Assembly: GCA_044869815.1 (NCBI GenBank)
Contig: JBIOXS010000156.1
Coordinates: 3,092-67,091, forward strand
DNA length: 64,000 nt
Direction of reading: 5' to 3'
Source of the DNA: Candidatus Rokuibacteriota bacterium
GTDB lineage: Bacteria > Methylomirabilota > Methylomirabilia > Rokubacteriales > CSP1-6
Below, piece by piece: positions 13,184 through 26,004 of the stretch. Both the position numbers and the translations under genes were made by a program. The notes under the pieces were generated by a model. The model was not told the origin of the DNA. It saw nothing but the letters and a program-made list of their open reading frames with translations, and searched no databases. Position 1 is the first letter of the stretch, and each line of letters opens with the position of its first letter.

Positions 13184-13453
13184 TTAGCGTCGGATCCCGA
13201 GCTTCTCGATGATGACGCGGTACCGCTCGGATTCCTTGTTCCGGAGATATTCCAGCAACCCGCGCCGCTTGCCGATGAGCATCAGCAGGCCGCGGCGCGA
13301 GTGATGATCCTTCGCGTGGCTCTTGAAATGCTCGGTCAGACTATTGATGCGCTCGGTGAGAAGCGCGATCTGCACCTCGGGCGAACCGGTGTCGCCCTCA
13401 TGGGTACGGAACTGCTCGATCAAGCTCTTCTTGCGGTCAAGCGCCAGCGGCAT
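13184..13453 (-). CDS. rpsO: 30S ribosomal protein S15
   Basis: [28 protein letters not shown]; GGAGG RBS before ATG 13453. Confidence 0.97.
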   Translation of the reverse strand: MPLALDRKKSLIEQFRTHEGDTGSPEVQIALLTERINSLTEHFKSHAKDHHSRRGLLMLIGKRRGLLEYLRNKESERYRVIIEKLGIRR

Positions 13454-13537
13454 CGGGGCCTCCAATCGCCACGTCCCAGAGATCGATTCCCCGGGGCGGG
13501 TTCCAAAAAACCTTTTTTTGCCAGCAGATACGCGAAG

Positions 13538-13566
13538 AGGGTACCACGTGGACCCTGCCAAGTAAA
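13538..13566 (-). promoter_or_regulatory. candidate sigma70 promoter for rpsO-pnp
   Basis: TTTACT-N17-TACCCT with extended -10 TG on the minus strand. Confidence 0.45.
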
Positions 13567-13574
13567 GGAACGGG

Positions 13575-14492
13575 TCAGAGGCGGCGCCGCGCCTCCGCCG
13601 CATCGGCCTCGATCTGTGCCTTGAGCGCATCCACCGAGGGAAAACGTCGTTCCTCGCGGATCCGCGAGGCGAACGTGAGAGTCATGGTCTGACCATAGAT
13701 GTCGCCCGAGAAATCGAGAAGATATGCCTCGACCGCTAGCGTGGTCTCGCCAAACGTCGGGCGCACCCCGACATTGACCACCGCGCGCTCCTTTCGTTCC
13801 CCCACCTCCGCCGTGCACGCGTAGACGCCCGGGGCCAGGAGCACCGGGCGCGCGGAAAGGACGTTGGCCGTCGGGAATCCGAGCGTCCGGCCGCGGCCGG
13901 CCCCGTGGCCGATGGTGCCGGACAGCGTGTAGGCGCGGCCCAGCAGTCGCGAGGCGACGGCCAGGTCGCCGCGCTGCAACGCGGCGCGGATCTCCGTCGA
14001 CGACACCGCGACGCCGTCGACCATCAACGGCTCGGCCACGTGAGTCCGAAAGCCAAGACGCTCGCCGAGATTGCGAAGCATCGTCGCGTCGCCGCGGGCA
14101 CCGCGGCCGAAGCGGTGATTGAAGCCGACCACCACGTCCCGTGCCCCGAGCCGGCTCACCAGCACGTCCTTCACGAACGCCTCCGGCTCCATGCTCGCCA
14201 GCTCGCGCGTGAAGGGCAGCACGACCGCGGCATCGAGGCCGCAGCCCTCGATCAGCGCGAGTCGCTCCTCCAGCGTGGTGATCGGCAACGGCGCGCGCCC
14301 TGGCTGGAGGATCTCCATCGGATGAGGATCGAACGTGCAGGCGACCGACCGCATGTCGGCGGCGCCCGCATGGGAGACGGCGAGGCCGAGGATCGCGCGG
14401 TGGCCCAGGTGCACGCCGTCGAAAACGCCGAGCGCGACCGCGGAGGGCGGCGCCTCAGGCGGGACGGGCGGAAGTCCCCGGACGATCCACAT
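13575..14492 (-). CDS. ribF: bifunctional riboflavin kinase/FAD synthetase
   Basis: [41 protein letters not shown] motifs. Confidence 0.96.
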   Translation of the reverse strand: MWIVRGLPPVPPEAPPSAVALGVFDGVHLGHRAILGLAVSHAGAADMRSVACTFDPHPMEILQPGRAPLPITTLEERLALIEGCGLDAAVVLPFTRELASMEPEAFVKDVLVSRLGARDVVVGFNHRFGRGARGDATMLRNLGERLGFRTHVAEPLMVDGVAVSSTEIRAALQRGDLAVASRLLGRAYTLSGTIGHGAGRGRTLGFPTANVLSARPVLLAPGVYACTAEVGERKERAVVNVGVRPTFGETTLAVEAYLLDFSGDIYGQTMTLTFASRIREERRFPSVDALKAQIEADAAEARRRL

Positions 14493-15378
14493 GCAGCATC
14501 CTCACCGGCTTCACGCTGCGCCCGCCCCCATCGGTCTCGCCCACGCCGAGCAACGTCGCGCGCGCGTCGTAGACGCGGACCAGGCGCTCGGCGGCCACGG
14601 GCTCGGCCAGCTCGGCGGGCTGGCCGTGGCAGAAGCGGCGCGCCCGGTCGACGTCGAGCCGCGTCGCCGGCCAGTCAGCCAGCGCGGCGTCCATCGGCAG
14701 GAGCCGCGCTCGCAGCGCCTCGAGCGGGGCGTCGACGAGATCGCTCCAGCTGACGGCCGAGCGCAGCGTGAACGGGCCGACGCGGGTGCGGATGAGCCGC
14801 TCGAGAGCGGCGCCACAGCCGAGGGCTGTGCCGAGATCAGCTGCCAGAATACGGATATACGTCCCCTTGCCGCAGACGATACGTAAGGTCGCCGTCGCTT
14901 CTCCGACGTCTTCGACGACGATCGACGTGACCACGACCTCGCGCGGTGTCCGCTCGACCTCGACGCCCCGCCGGGCGAGCTCGCAGAGGCGCTGTCCCTC
15001 ATGATGCACGGCGGAATACATCGGCGGCACCTGAAGGATGCGGCCGACGAACGGGCGACAGGCGGCGTCGACGCGTTCGCGCGACAGGCCGTTGACGGGA
15101 GCGGTCGTCAAGACCTGGCCGCTGAGATCGTGAGTGTCCGTGGTCAGGCCGAACCGGAGAGTCGCCACATATTCCTTGTCGTGGTCCATGAGGTACGGCG
15201 TCAGCTTGGTCGCCTCACCGATGAGGAGGGGCAGGACACCGGTGGCCGGCGGATCGAGCGTCCCCGCGTGGCCAACGCGGCGCATGCCGAAGGCGCGGCG
15301 CGCCAGCGCGACGGCGTCGAACGAAGTCACGCCGGCCGCCTTGTCGACGACGAGGATGCCCGCGTCGGGCTCGATCAT
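14455..15378 (-). CDS. truB: tRNA pseudouridine(55) synthase
   Basis: VDKAAGVTS, GHAGTLDP, PPMYSA, CGKGTYIR motifs. Confidence 0.96.
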   Translation of the reverse strand: MIEPDAGILVVDKAAGVTSFDAVALARRAFGMRRVGHAGTLDPPATGVLPLLIGEATKLTPYLMDHDKEYVATLRFGLTTDTHDLSGQVLTTAPVNGLSRERVDAACRPFVGRILQVPPMYSAVHHEGQRLCELARRGVEVERTPREVVVTSIVVEDVGEATATLRIVCGKGTYIRILAADLGTALGCGAALERLIRTRVGPFTLRSAVSWSDLVDAPLEALRARLLPMDAALADWPATRLDVDRARRFCHGQPAELAEPVAAERLVRVYDARATLLGVGETDGGGRSVKPVRMLHVDRPGTSARPA

Positions 15379-16355
15379 CGAGGCGCCGCGATCGCGGCGC
15401 GAACGGCCTCGAGCACCTGCTGCGTCACCGCATCGAGCGTGCCGTGGATCGTGCAGCCGGCGGCATTGGCGTGGCCGCCGCCGCCGAAGCGCGCCGCCAC
15501 CCGGTTCACGTCCACCTCACCCTTGGCGCGGAGGCTGACCTTCACCCGCCCGCCGCCGAGCTCCCGCAGCAGACAGCCCACCTTCACCGTGCGGATGGAG
15601 CGCGGATAGTTGACGAGCTCCTCGCCTTCGATGAACCGCTCGGGAACGAGCCCGGCCGGCAGCGCCAGCCACGCGATCCGCCCGTCGTCGGACACCCGGA
15701 CGCGGGAGAGCGACTCGCCGAGCCAGCGCAGCGCGTCCGGCGCCCGTCGCTCGTAGAGCGCCGACGAGACGGCGGCCGGGTCCGCGCCGGCTTCGGTGAG
15801 GGCCGAGGCGATGCGAAATGTCTCCGGCGTCACGTTCGAGTAGCGGAACGAGCCGGTATCGGTGTGGATGGCGGTGAACAGATTCGAGGCCATGGACGGC
15901 GTCAGGACCACACCGAGGGCCACGAGCAGGCGGTAGAGCATCTCGCCGGTGGCGGCGGCGCCGACGTCGATCCAGTTCACGGTGCCGTAGCGGCGGTTGT
16001 CGGGATGATGGTCGATGTTGACGATCGCGCTCGCCACCCCGCGGGCGGCGTCGATGAGGCCCTCGGTCCGGTCCGGATTCGGGCAGTCGGTCAAGACCAC
16101 GACGTCGAAGCGCCCGTCGAGGCTCTTGAGCGCCTGGTAGCGATCCGCGCCGGGCAGGAAATCGAGGGCGCCCGGCGCCGGATGCGGGCCGCCGGCAATC
16201 ACGCTCCAGCCCCGCCCCTCGAGGGCCTCGCCGAGCGCGAGGAGGGTTCCCAGGACGTCGGCGTCGGGATGGACGTGACCGAGCATCAGCGCCCGCCCCG
16301 ACGGCCGCGCGAGCGCGGTCAGGACGTCGCCGGGCACGCGGTCGGTGACGCTCAC
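15375..16355 (-). CDS. nrnA: DHH family phosphoesterase (nanoRNase/pAp phosphatase)
   Basis: HVHPDAD, NIDHHPDN, TDTGSF, GGGHANAAG; GTG start overlapping rbfA stop. Confidence 0.9.
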   Translation of the reverse strand: MSVTDRVPGDVLTALARPSGRALMLGHVHPDADVLGTLLALGEALEGRGWSVIAGGPHPAPGALDFLPGADRYQALKSLDGRFDVVVLTDCPNPDRTEGLIDAARGVASAIVNIDHHPDNRRYGTVNWIDVGAAATGEMLYRLLVALGVVLTPSMASNLFTAIHTDTGSFRYSNVTPETFRIASALTEAGADPAAVSSALYERRAPDALRWLGESLSRVRVSDDGRIAWLALPAGLVPERFIEGEELVNYPRSIRTVKVGCLLRELGGGRVKVSLRAKGEVDVNRVAARFGGGGHANAAGCTIHGTLDAVTQQVLEAVRAAIAAPR

Positions 16356-16702
16356 GAGTTCGGTTGCACCTGCTTGAGCAGCGACTGGATGCGCGCGGCG
16401 TGCTCGAGCGAGTGGTCCGCGCGGAAGTCGAGCTCCGGCGTCACGCGCAGGTCGAGATGCTGCCGCAGCCAGTTCCGGACGAAGCCCTTGGCGCTCTCGA
16501 GGGCGGCCATCGAGGCCTTCCACTGCGCGTCGTCGCCGAGCACGGACACGAAGATCTTCGCCTTCCGGAGATCCTTGGAGGTCTCCACCTCGGTCACCGT
16601 CACGAAGCCGAGCCGCGGATCCTTGAGCTCGCGCTGGAGCAGTGTCGAGATCTCCTCCCGGATGAGCTGATTGACGCGGTCGAGCCGTTTGCCCTGCATC
16701 AC
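16352..16702 (-). CDS. rbfA: 30S ribosome-binding factor A
   Basis: RLDRVNQLIREEIS, KDPRLGFVTVT, LRVTPEL.F..D. Confidence 0.95.
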   Translation of the reverse strand: MMQGKRLDRVNQLIREEISTLLQRELKDPRLGFVTVTEVETSKDLRKAKIFVSVLGDDAQWKASMAALESAKGFVRNWLRQHLDLRVTPELDFRADHSLEHAARIQSLLKQVQPNS

Positions 16703-16989
16703 AGTATCTCCACGGACGAGTCGAGCACGCGACCCTCGACGTGGTCCTCGATAAAATCCATCGCCTTCGACACGACCTCGTTGGCGTGGCGAGCGTCGGC
16801 GGAGACGTACGCGAGCGCCAGCGTGGCGCGCTGCCAGAGGTCCTGATGCCCGACCTCGGCCACCGACACCTCGAAGCGCGCGCGCACGCGCTCCTTGAGG
16901 CCCTTCAGGACGTGGCGCTTGCCCTTGAGCGAATCGACGTCCGGCAGGTGCAACTCCACCATCCCCAGCGCGACGCGCGCGGCGGACAC
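16699..16989 (-). CDS. DUF503 (YlxP-like) protein
   Basis: SLKGKR..LK.LKERVRARFEVSVAEVGHQD.WQR; conserved position between infB and rbfA. Confidence 0.88.
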   Translation of the reverse strand: MSAARVALGMVELHLPDVDSLKGKRHVLKGLKERVRARFEVSVAEVGHQDLWQRATLALAYVSADARHANEVVSKAMDFIEDHVEGRVLDSSVEIL

Positions 16990-17005
16990 TCGTCGGCCCC
17001 GCGCG

Positions 17006-19516
17006 CTACAGCGTGCGCGCGACCTCTTCGGTGCTGAAGACCTCGATGATGTCGCCGGCCTGGATCCCGGGCACCGCCTCGACGCCGATTCCGCACTCCT
17101 GGCCGTTCAGCACCTCGCGGACGTCGTCCTTGAAGCGCTTGAGCGAGGTCACCGTCCCCTCCCCGAGCACGGCGTCGCCGCGCCGCACGCGCGCCTTGGC
17201 GCCGCGCACGATCTTGCCCTCCGCCACGTAGGAGCCGGCGATCGGGCCCAGCTTCGAGATCACGAAGATCTGCCGGACCTGGGCGCGGCCGTGGATCGTC
17301 TCGCGGATCTCGGGCGCCAGCAGACCGGCCAGCGCCGCCTTGAGGTCGTTGATCGCCTCGTAGATCACGTTGTACGAGCGCAGGTCGACACCGTTGGCCT
17401 GCGCTTGCGTGGTCGCCTTGGGCTCGGCCTTCACGTTGAAGCCGAGGACGATCGCCCCCGAGGCCGAGGCCAGCATCACGTCGCTCTCGTTGATGGCGCC
17501 CACCGATGAGTGGATGACCTTCAGCTTCACCTCGTCCGTGGACAGCTGCTCGAGCGACTGGGCGAGGGCCTCCACCGAGCCCTGCACGTCGCCCTTGAGA
17601 ATCAGGCGCAGCTCCTTGACCTCGCCGCTCACGATCTGCTTCTGCAGTCCCTCGAGCGTGATGCGCGTGGCCGCCTTGCCCTTGCCCTTGTCGCGGTCGG
17701 CCCGCATGTTGGCGATCTGTCGGGCCTTGCGCTCGTCCGAGACGGAGACGATCACGTCTCCGGCCGAGGGCACCCCCGACAGACCGAGGATCTCGACGGG
17801 ATCCGACGGCCCCGCGCTCTTCACCTTCTTGCCGGTGGGATCGATCAGCGCGCGGATACGGCCGGAGTGCGAGCCCACCACCACCGCGTCGCCCTCCTTG
17901 AGCGTGCCGTTCTGGATCAGTGCGGTCGCCACCGGACCGCGGCCGCGGTCGAGCCGGCTCTCGATGATGACGCCCTTGGCCGCGCGGTTCGGGTTGGCCT
18001 TCAGCTCGAGGATCTCCGACTGGAGCGCGGTCATCTCGAGCAGCTGATCGATGCCGGTGCCGCGCTTGGCCGAGGTCGGCACGAAGATCGTCTGACCGCC
18101 CCAGTCCTCGGGCACCAGCTCCAGGTTCGCCAGCTCGCGCTTCACGCGATCGGCGTCGGCCTCCGGCTTGTCGATCTTGTTCACGGCCACGATGATCGGC
18201 ACGTTGGCGGCGCGGGCGTGGTTGATGGCCTCTTGCGTCTGCGGCATCACGCCGTCGTCGGCGGCCACCACCAGGATGACGATGTCGGTCGCCTGGGCGC
18301 CGCGGGCGCGCATGGCCGTGAACGCCTCGTGGCCCGGCGTATCGAGGAAGGTGACCTTGCCATGCGAGGTCACGACCTGGTAGGCGCCGATATGCTGCGT
18401 GATCCCGCCGAACTCCTTCTCGGCGACCTTCGATTTGCGGATCGCGTCGAGCAGCGAGGTCTTGCCGTGGTCGACATGACCCATGACGGTGACGACGGGC
18501 GGCCGCAGCGCCTGCGCGCCGCCGTCGGTGTCTTCCTCCTCGAGCACCTCGCCCTCGACGGAGCGGATCTCCAGGTCGAAGCCGAACTTGTCGGCGACGA
18601 GCTTGGCCTCCGTGGGATCGAGCAGGTCGTTCACCATCCGCATCACACCCAGCTCGATGAGCGCCTTGATCACCTCGCCCGACTTGCGTCGCATCTTCTC
18701 GGCCAGCTCGGCCACCGTGACCGACTCGGGCACCCGGATGAGCTCGCGGCGCACCTCGGCCGGCGGCGAAGGCATCTCGACGGCGGCTGGCGCGACGGGG
18801 CGCTGGAGCTCGAGCGGCGGAGCGGGCCGGGCGGGCGGCGTCGTCGCCGCGGGTGCGGCCGGGCGCTGGGGGGCGGCCGGACGCGGTGGCGGCGCGGGCG
18901 CCGCCGGCCGCGACGGCGAAACGGTCACGCGCGGCTGGCCGAACGGTCCTGCCGGCTGTCGGGGCGACGGCCGCGCCGGCGGTGGCGACGCCGGGCGCTC
19001 GAGCGGCCGGAACGGAACGATCTTCGGCTCGACCTTCGGCGGCGCGGGCGCGGCCGGTGGAGCGGCGGCGGCCGCTGGCTTGAGCGGCTCGACGGGCGCC
19101 GGCGTCGCCGGGGCGACGCGCGGCGGCTCGGGCGCGATCTCCGGCGGGCGCGGCGCGATCGCGGGCGGCTCGGCGGTGATCTCGGCGGGCTTGGGCTTGA
19201 CGATGGTGGCGGCCGGCGTGACCTCGGGCGTCTCCTCGACGACATCCGCCTTGGCCTTCTTTGCGCGGGGCTTCTTCGGCGCGGCCTCGGCGCCCTCGAC
19301 CTTCGGCTTCGCGACCCGCTTGGGCTTGACCGGCTCTTCCGGGAGCTCACGGCCCTTGCCGAGCTTCGTGCGCAGCTCGTTGGCGAGCTTCGAATCGAGC
19401 GGGGTCATGGCCCGCACGCCCTTGTGCCCCATCTCCTCGGCCGCGAGCATCAGATCCTTGCTCGTGACGCCGAGCTCCTTCGCCAGCTCGATGACTTTTA
19501 CTTTAGCCGCTGCCAC
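17006..19516 (-). CDS. infB: translation initiation factor IF-2
   Basis: [41 protein letters not shown]; Pro/Ala-rich N-terminal linker. Confidence 0.98.
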   Translation of the reverse strand: MAAAKVKVIELAKELGVTSKDLMLAAEEMGHKGVRAMTPLDSKLANELRTKLGKGRELPEEPVKPKRVAKPKVEGAEAAPKKPRAKKAKADVVEETPEVTPAATIVKPKPAEITAEPPAIAPRPPEIAPEPPRVAPATPAPVEPLKPAAAAAPPAAPAPPKVEPKIVPFRPLERPASPPPARPSPRQPAGPFGQPRVTVSPSRPAAPAPPPRPAAPQRPAAPAATTPPARPAPPLELQRPVAPAAVEMPSPPAEVRRELIRVPESVTVAELAEKMRRKSGEVIKALIELGVMRMVNDLLDPTEAKLVADKFGFDLEIRSVEGEVLEEEDTDGGAQALRPPVVTVMGHVDHGKTSLLDAIRKSKVAEKEFGGITQHIGAYQVVTSHGKVTFLDTPGHEAFTAMRARGAQATDIVILVVAADDGVMPQTQEAINHARAANVPIIVAVNKIDKPEADADRVKRELANLELVPEDWGGQTIFVPTSAKRGTGIDQLLEMTALQSEILELKANPNRAAKGVIIESRLDRGRGPVATALIQNGTLKEGDAVVVGSHSGRIRALIDPTGKKVKSAGPSDPVEILGLSGVPSAGDVIVSVSDERKARQIANMRADRDKGKGKAATRITLEGLQKQIVSGEVKELRLILKGDVQGSVEALAQSLEQLSTDEVKLKVIHSSVGAINESDVMLASASGAIVLGFNVKAEPKATTQAQANGVDLRSYNVIYEAINDLKAALAGLLAPEIRETIHGRAQVRQIFVISKLGPIAGSYVAEGKIVRGAKARVRRGDAVLGEGTVTSLKRFKDDVREVLNGQECGIGVEAVPGIQAGDIIEVFSTEEVARTL

Positions 19517-19523
19517 CGTCGCA

Positions 19524-19774
19524 TCACCTCCGCGTGACCACCATGTCGATCAAGTTCGCCCGTGCTTCGCTCGGCTTCCGGAACGCGTGCGCCAGCCGTC
19601 CCGGCTTGAGCGCACGGTCGAGACATTCCACGTCCTCGCACACGTACGCGCCGCGGCCGCTCGCGGCGACGTCGGTATCCACATGCCCATCGGCCCGCCG
19701 GACCAGGCGCAGCATCTCGCGCTTCGGCCGCCGGCGGCGACAGCCGAGGCACGTCCGCATGGGCACGTGTGGCG

Positions 19775-19778
<4 letters not shown>
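19524..19778 (-). CDS. ylxR: YlxR/RnpM family RNA-binding protein (DUF448)
   Basis: PMRTCLGCRR, LRLVR, GRGAYVC...C. Confidence 0.9.
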
Positions 19779-21103
<1,325 letters not shown>

Positions 21104-21105
21104 GT

Positions 21106-21576
21106 CTACGCTGACCGCTTCTCCCACGGTACATCCGCGTCCAGCTTCGCCTTCGTGATGCTCGCGCGCGTGAGCCGCACCTCGGCGCCGTCCCGCTCGA
21201 TGACGACCTGATCGTCGTCCACGCCGACGAGACGGCCGCGGATCTCCTCTCCGCCCGCGAGCCAGCAGCGCACCCACTTGCCGGCCGCCCAGCGAAACTC
21301 CCGATCCTTGCGGAGCTGGCGATCCAGCCCCGGCGACGAGACCTCGAGATCGTACGCCTCCTCGATCAACCCCGACGCGTCGACGACGTCGCCAAGCTCG
21401 CGACTGACGCGCTGGCAGTCGTCGATCCCAACTCCCCCCGGCTTGTCGACGAACAGGCGCAACACGCCCCGGGGTCGGCGCGGCCTGAACTCCAGATCCA
21501 CGAGCGTCAGCCCGTGATCCAGGAGCACCGGCTGCACAACCTCCTCGATCTGGAGCTGCCGTTCGTCTTCTTGCAT
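21106..21576 (-). CDS. rimP: ribosome maturation factor RimP
   Basis: LRLFVDKPGGVGIDDC, YDLEVSSPGLDR; start at ATG 21576 just downstream of the leader hairpin. Confidence 0.95.
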   Translation of the reverse strand: MQEDERQLQIEEVVQPVLLDHGLTLVDLEFRPRRPRGVLRLFVDKPGGVGIDDCQRVSRELGDVVDASGLIEEAYDLEVSSPGLDRQLRKDREFRWAAGKWVRCWLAGGEEIRGRLVGVDDDQVVIERDGAEVRLTRASITKAKLDADVPWEKRSA

Positions 21577-21592
21577 CACTTCAACGCAAAGT

Positions 21593-21618
21593 AAAAAAGT
21601 GGGCAACGCCCACTTTTT
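21593..21618 (-). terminator. rimP-leader attenuator hairpin
   Basis: Minus strand AAAAAGTGGGC-GTT-GCCCACTTTTTT then ACTTT, between promoter and rimP start; resembles the conserved rimP leader. Confidence 0.75.
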
Positions 21619-21622
21619 CAGG

Positions 21623-21651
21623 ACTTTAGCACGTGGATACACCTGTGGCAA
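21623..21651 (-). promoter_or_regulatory. sigma70 promoter of the rimP-nusA-infB operon
   Basis: TTGCCA-N17-TAAAGT with extended -10 TG. Confidence 0.7.
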
Positions 21652-21675
21652 GCACTGTGACGCGGACATCGCGGC

Positions 21676-23379
<1,704 letters not shown>

Positions 23380-23451
23380 CTTTTTATACTTGCCGTCGGG
23401 GCGCCTGCGCAGGGCTCCGACGCCCGACGGTCGGCGAATCACGACGATCTT

Positions 23452-23793
23452 TCATTTCGGCTGGGCGTCCTTCTTCTTGTTGGCGCCTCGCACGCCCGGC
23501 GCATACACCAGGCGCTCCACTGGCTTGCCACCGAGGATGTGCGAGTGGACGATCTCGTCGAGGTCGCCCTGCTGCACGCCGGCGTACCAGACGTTCTCCG
23601 GATAGACGACGATCATCGGGCCGTGCCCGCACTGCGAGAAGCAGCCCGACTTGTTGATCCGGATGTCCTGATGACGGCCGGCCTTGGCCACCTCGCCCCG
23701 CAGGTACTTGACGAAGCCCTCGACGTCGCCCTGGTGCGGGCACTCGTCGCCGGTCGTGCAGACGAACACGTGCGTCTCGTACTGGCCCATCAC
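23452..23793 (-). CDS. thioredoxin-like [2Fe-2S] ferredoxin
   Basis: FVC-x5-C and GC-x3-C-GHGP...VVYP...WY pattern; start overlaps ispG stop. Confidence 0.88.
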   Translation of the reverse strand: MMGQYETHVFVCTTGDECPHQGDVEGFVKYLRGEVAKAGRHQDIRINKSGCFSQCGHGPMIVVYPENVWYAGVQQGDLDEIVHSHILGGKPVERLVYAPGVRGANKKKDAQPK

Positions 23794-25997
23794 CGGGCCG
23801 CCGCGCCGGCGAGCTTTTCCTTCCGCTCGGCGATGAACTTGTCGACTTCCTCGCGCATGGCCGTCACGATCTCCGCCTCCGGCACCTTCCTGATCACCTG
23901 GCCACCCTTGAAGATGAGCCCGATCCCCCGACCGCCGGCCACGCCGATGTCCGCCGCGCGCGCCTCACCCGGGCCGTTGACCTCGCAGTTGTGGAGCATG
24001 ACCCCGGGCGCGGCGAAGGAATGGACACCCTCGACCTCGAGATTGTGAACATGCCCGCGCCATGCGACGCGGCGAACCGCGCGTACGCCGACGTAGAGCG
24101 CCCGATCAGTCAAAACGACCTGACCGTCGGCCGCGCCGCGGCGTCCTGGTAGCGCGCCAAGCTGGAGAACCTCCGCAAGGCGGGCGAGCCCAACGCGTGA
24201 CGTCACGGACACCACCCAGTTGCGCGCCCGCCGGGGTTGATCACGGTGGTGGAGGAACGCCGGCACCCCGAGCCGCAGCAGCAACTGCTGGACTTGCGTG
24301 CCGAGCGCCTGCGATGACGTGCAATACGTCGCGCGCCAATAGCCGCGAACGCGACCGAGATAGCCGTCGCCTTCCCAGAGGGCTTTCACAAGCGCACGCT
24401 GCTTCTCGTGCGGCAGACGCTCCATCCACTGGGGGATTCGCTTTGCCGTCGCGCCGTGGCCAAACTGTGACTTCAAGAATTGTCCGAGCGCCAGGGAATG
24501 AGCGATGACTTCGGCTGTGTGCCGGCGGCACCGAACCTGCGAATTGAGCCCCACGCCGCGAAGGATTGCCTGCAGCCGGTCCACATCGGAACGCTGATCC
24601 TCGTGGAAATAGAAAGATTGCTCGTATGGCTTGCCGCCCTTTCCGGACATCGTGCCTTCGGACAGGTAGTAGCCCGCGAGGGTCATGAAGTCGTCGTCGA
24701 TCGGCAACTCTCCGAGCCCGGGTGCGTCGATGGTTGCGCGGTCTTCCTTCTCTTGCAGAACCGGATATGCCAGCACCCAGCCTGCTCGAACATCGCCGGC
24801 TCGGACCCAGCGCGGCTCGGCGCCAGCATCGAGCGCCGCACGCACGTCCGGTCGTCGTGTCCGGGCTGCCTTCAGTCGCTCGGGACGCGGAAATGCCCAC
24901 ACCGGATGATTGTCGGTGAGACGGACCGGCGCGAAACCGGTGGGCTGGAGCTCCACCAGCTCGCCCTCGAACGCGTGTCTGCTTGCCCATTGGACCTGTC
25001 GGTACTCGCCGGCATGCGTCAGCACTTCGTCGACTTCCGAAATCGACTCGATCGGCTTGGGGCCTTGCCGCGTCACGACGACCTGCCCTTCCGGCACGCA
25101 CCCCATCACCGCGATGTGGATCTCCTCGTTGAGGCCGCGGAACTCGTCCTCGACCTGCTTGGCGAGCTTGACGAGATCGACATCGGCGCGGCCGCAGGAG
25201 GGGCACGACACGAACGTGAGGCCGCCCTTTCGCAAGCCGAGTGATTTCAGGATGTCGATGCCGACGCGGACCTCCTCGGTCGGATCCGCGGAGAGCGACA
25301 CGCGGATGGTATCGCCGATGCCCTGCGAGAGCACGGCGCCGAGGCCCACGGCGGACTTGATGGTGCCGACGCCGGGCGTTCCGGCCTCGGTGACGCCGAG
25401 GTGGAACGGGTAATCGACACGCTCGGCCAGCATCCGGTACGCTTCGATCATCATGAGCGGATCCGACGCCTTCAGCGAGATCTTCATCTCGGGATAGTTG
25501 CAGTCCTCGAGAATCCCGATGTGCCGGAGCGCGGACTCGACCATGCCGTGCGCCGTCGGGCCCCCGTACTTCTCGAGCAGGTCCTTCTCGAGGGAGCCCG
25601 CGTTGACGCCGATGCGGATGGGGATGCGCTTGTCCTTGGCCATCGCGACGACGTCCATGACGAACTTCTTGCCGCCTATGTTGCCGGGATTGAGCCGCAG
25701 GCCATCGACGCCCTGCTGGAGCGCGATGAGGGCCAGCTTGTAGTTGAAGTGGATGTCGGCGACGAGCGGGATCCGGATCTGACGCTTGATCTCGCCCAGC
25801 TTCTCGGCCGCTTCCCGCACCGGCACCGCGCAGCGAACGATGTCGCAGCCGGCGGCTTCGAGCGACCAGATCTCGAGCAGCGTGGCCTGCACGTCGCGCG
25901 TGTCCGTCTTCGTCATCGACTGGACGGTGATGGGCGCGCCGCCACCCACCTTCACGTTGCCGACCTGGATCTGCCGCGTCGTCCGCCGCGTGATCAT
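23790..25997 (-). CDS. ispG: 4-hydroxy-3-methylbut-2-en-1-yl diphosphate synthase, intein-containing precursor (about 364 aa after splicing)
   Basis: VQSMT, PLVADIHF, RLNPGNIG, RIGVNAGSL, GDTIRVSL, SCPSCGR, AVMG|...|CEVNGPGEA with a 371-aa insert. Confidence 0.97.
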   Translation of the reverse strand: MITRRTTRQIQVGNVKVGGGAPITVQSMTKTDTRDVQATLLEIWSLEAAGCDIVRCAVPVREAAEKLGEIKRQIRIPLVADIHFNYKLALIALQQGVDGLRLNPGNIGGKKFVMDVVAMAKDKRIPIRIGVNAGSLEKDLLEKYGGPTAHGMVESALRHIGILEDCNYPEMKISLKASDPLMMIEAYRMLAERVDYPFHLGVTEAGTPGVGTIKSAVGLGAVLSQGIGDTIRVSLSADPTEEVRVGIDILKSLGLRKGGLTFVSCPSCGRADVDLVKLAKQVEDEFRGLNEEIHIAVMGCVPEGQVVVTRQGPKPIESISEVDEVLTHAGEYRQVQWASRHAFEGELVELQPTGFAPVRLTDNHPVWAFPRPERLKAARTRRPDVRAALDAGAEPRWVRAGDVRAGWVLAYPVLQEKEDRATIDAPGLGELPIDDDFMTLAGYYLSEGTMSGKGGKPYEQSFYFHEDQRSDVDRLQAILRGVGLNSQVRCRRHTAEVIAHSLALGQFLKSQFGHGATAKRIPQWMERLPHEKQRALVKALWEGDGYLGRVRGYWRATYCTSSQALGTQVQQLLLRLGVPAFLHHRDQPRRARNWVVSVTSRVGLARLAEVLQLGALPGRRGAADGQVVLTDRALYVGVRAVRRVAWRGHVHNLEVEGVHSFAAPGVMLHNCEVNGPGEARAADIGVAGGRGIGLIFKGGQVIRKVPEAEIVTAMREEVDKFIAERKEKLAGAAAR
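23988..25100 (-). mobile_element. intein (HINT) with LAGLIDADG homing endonuclease, in ispG
   Basis: Cys1 (CVPEGQVV), block B LTDNHP (TxxH), LAGLIDADG motifs LAGYYLSEG and KALWEGDG, block F VHNLEVEGVHSF, terminal His-Asn followed by Cys+1; visibly more A/T-ending codons than flanks. Confidence 0.95.
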
Positions 25998-26004
25998 TCG
26001 CCGT

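Noticed and set aside
18780-19350. Low-complexity GC repeats in infB
   Set aside because: Ordinary Pro/Ala-rich IF-2 linker, not a repeat array or CRISPR
23380-23451. Possible T-box riboswitch upstream of proS
   Set aside because: Only 72 nt and no T-box consensus or specifier stem
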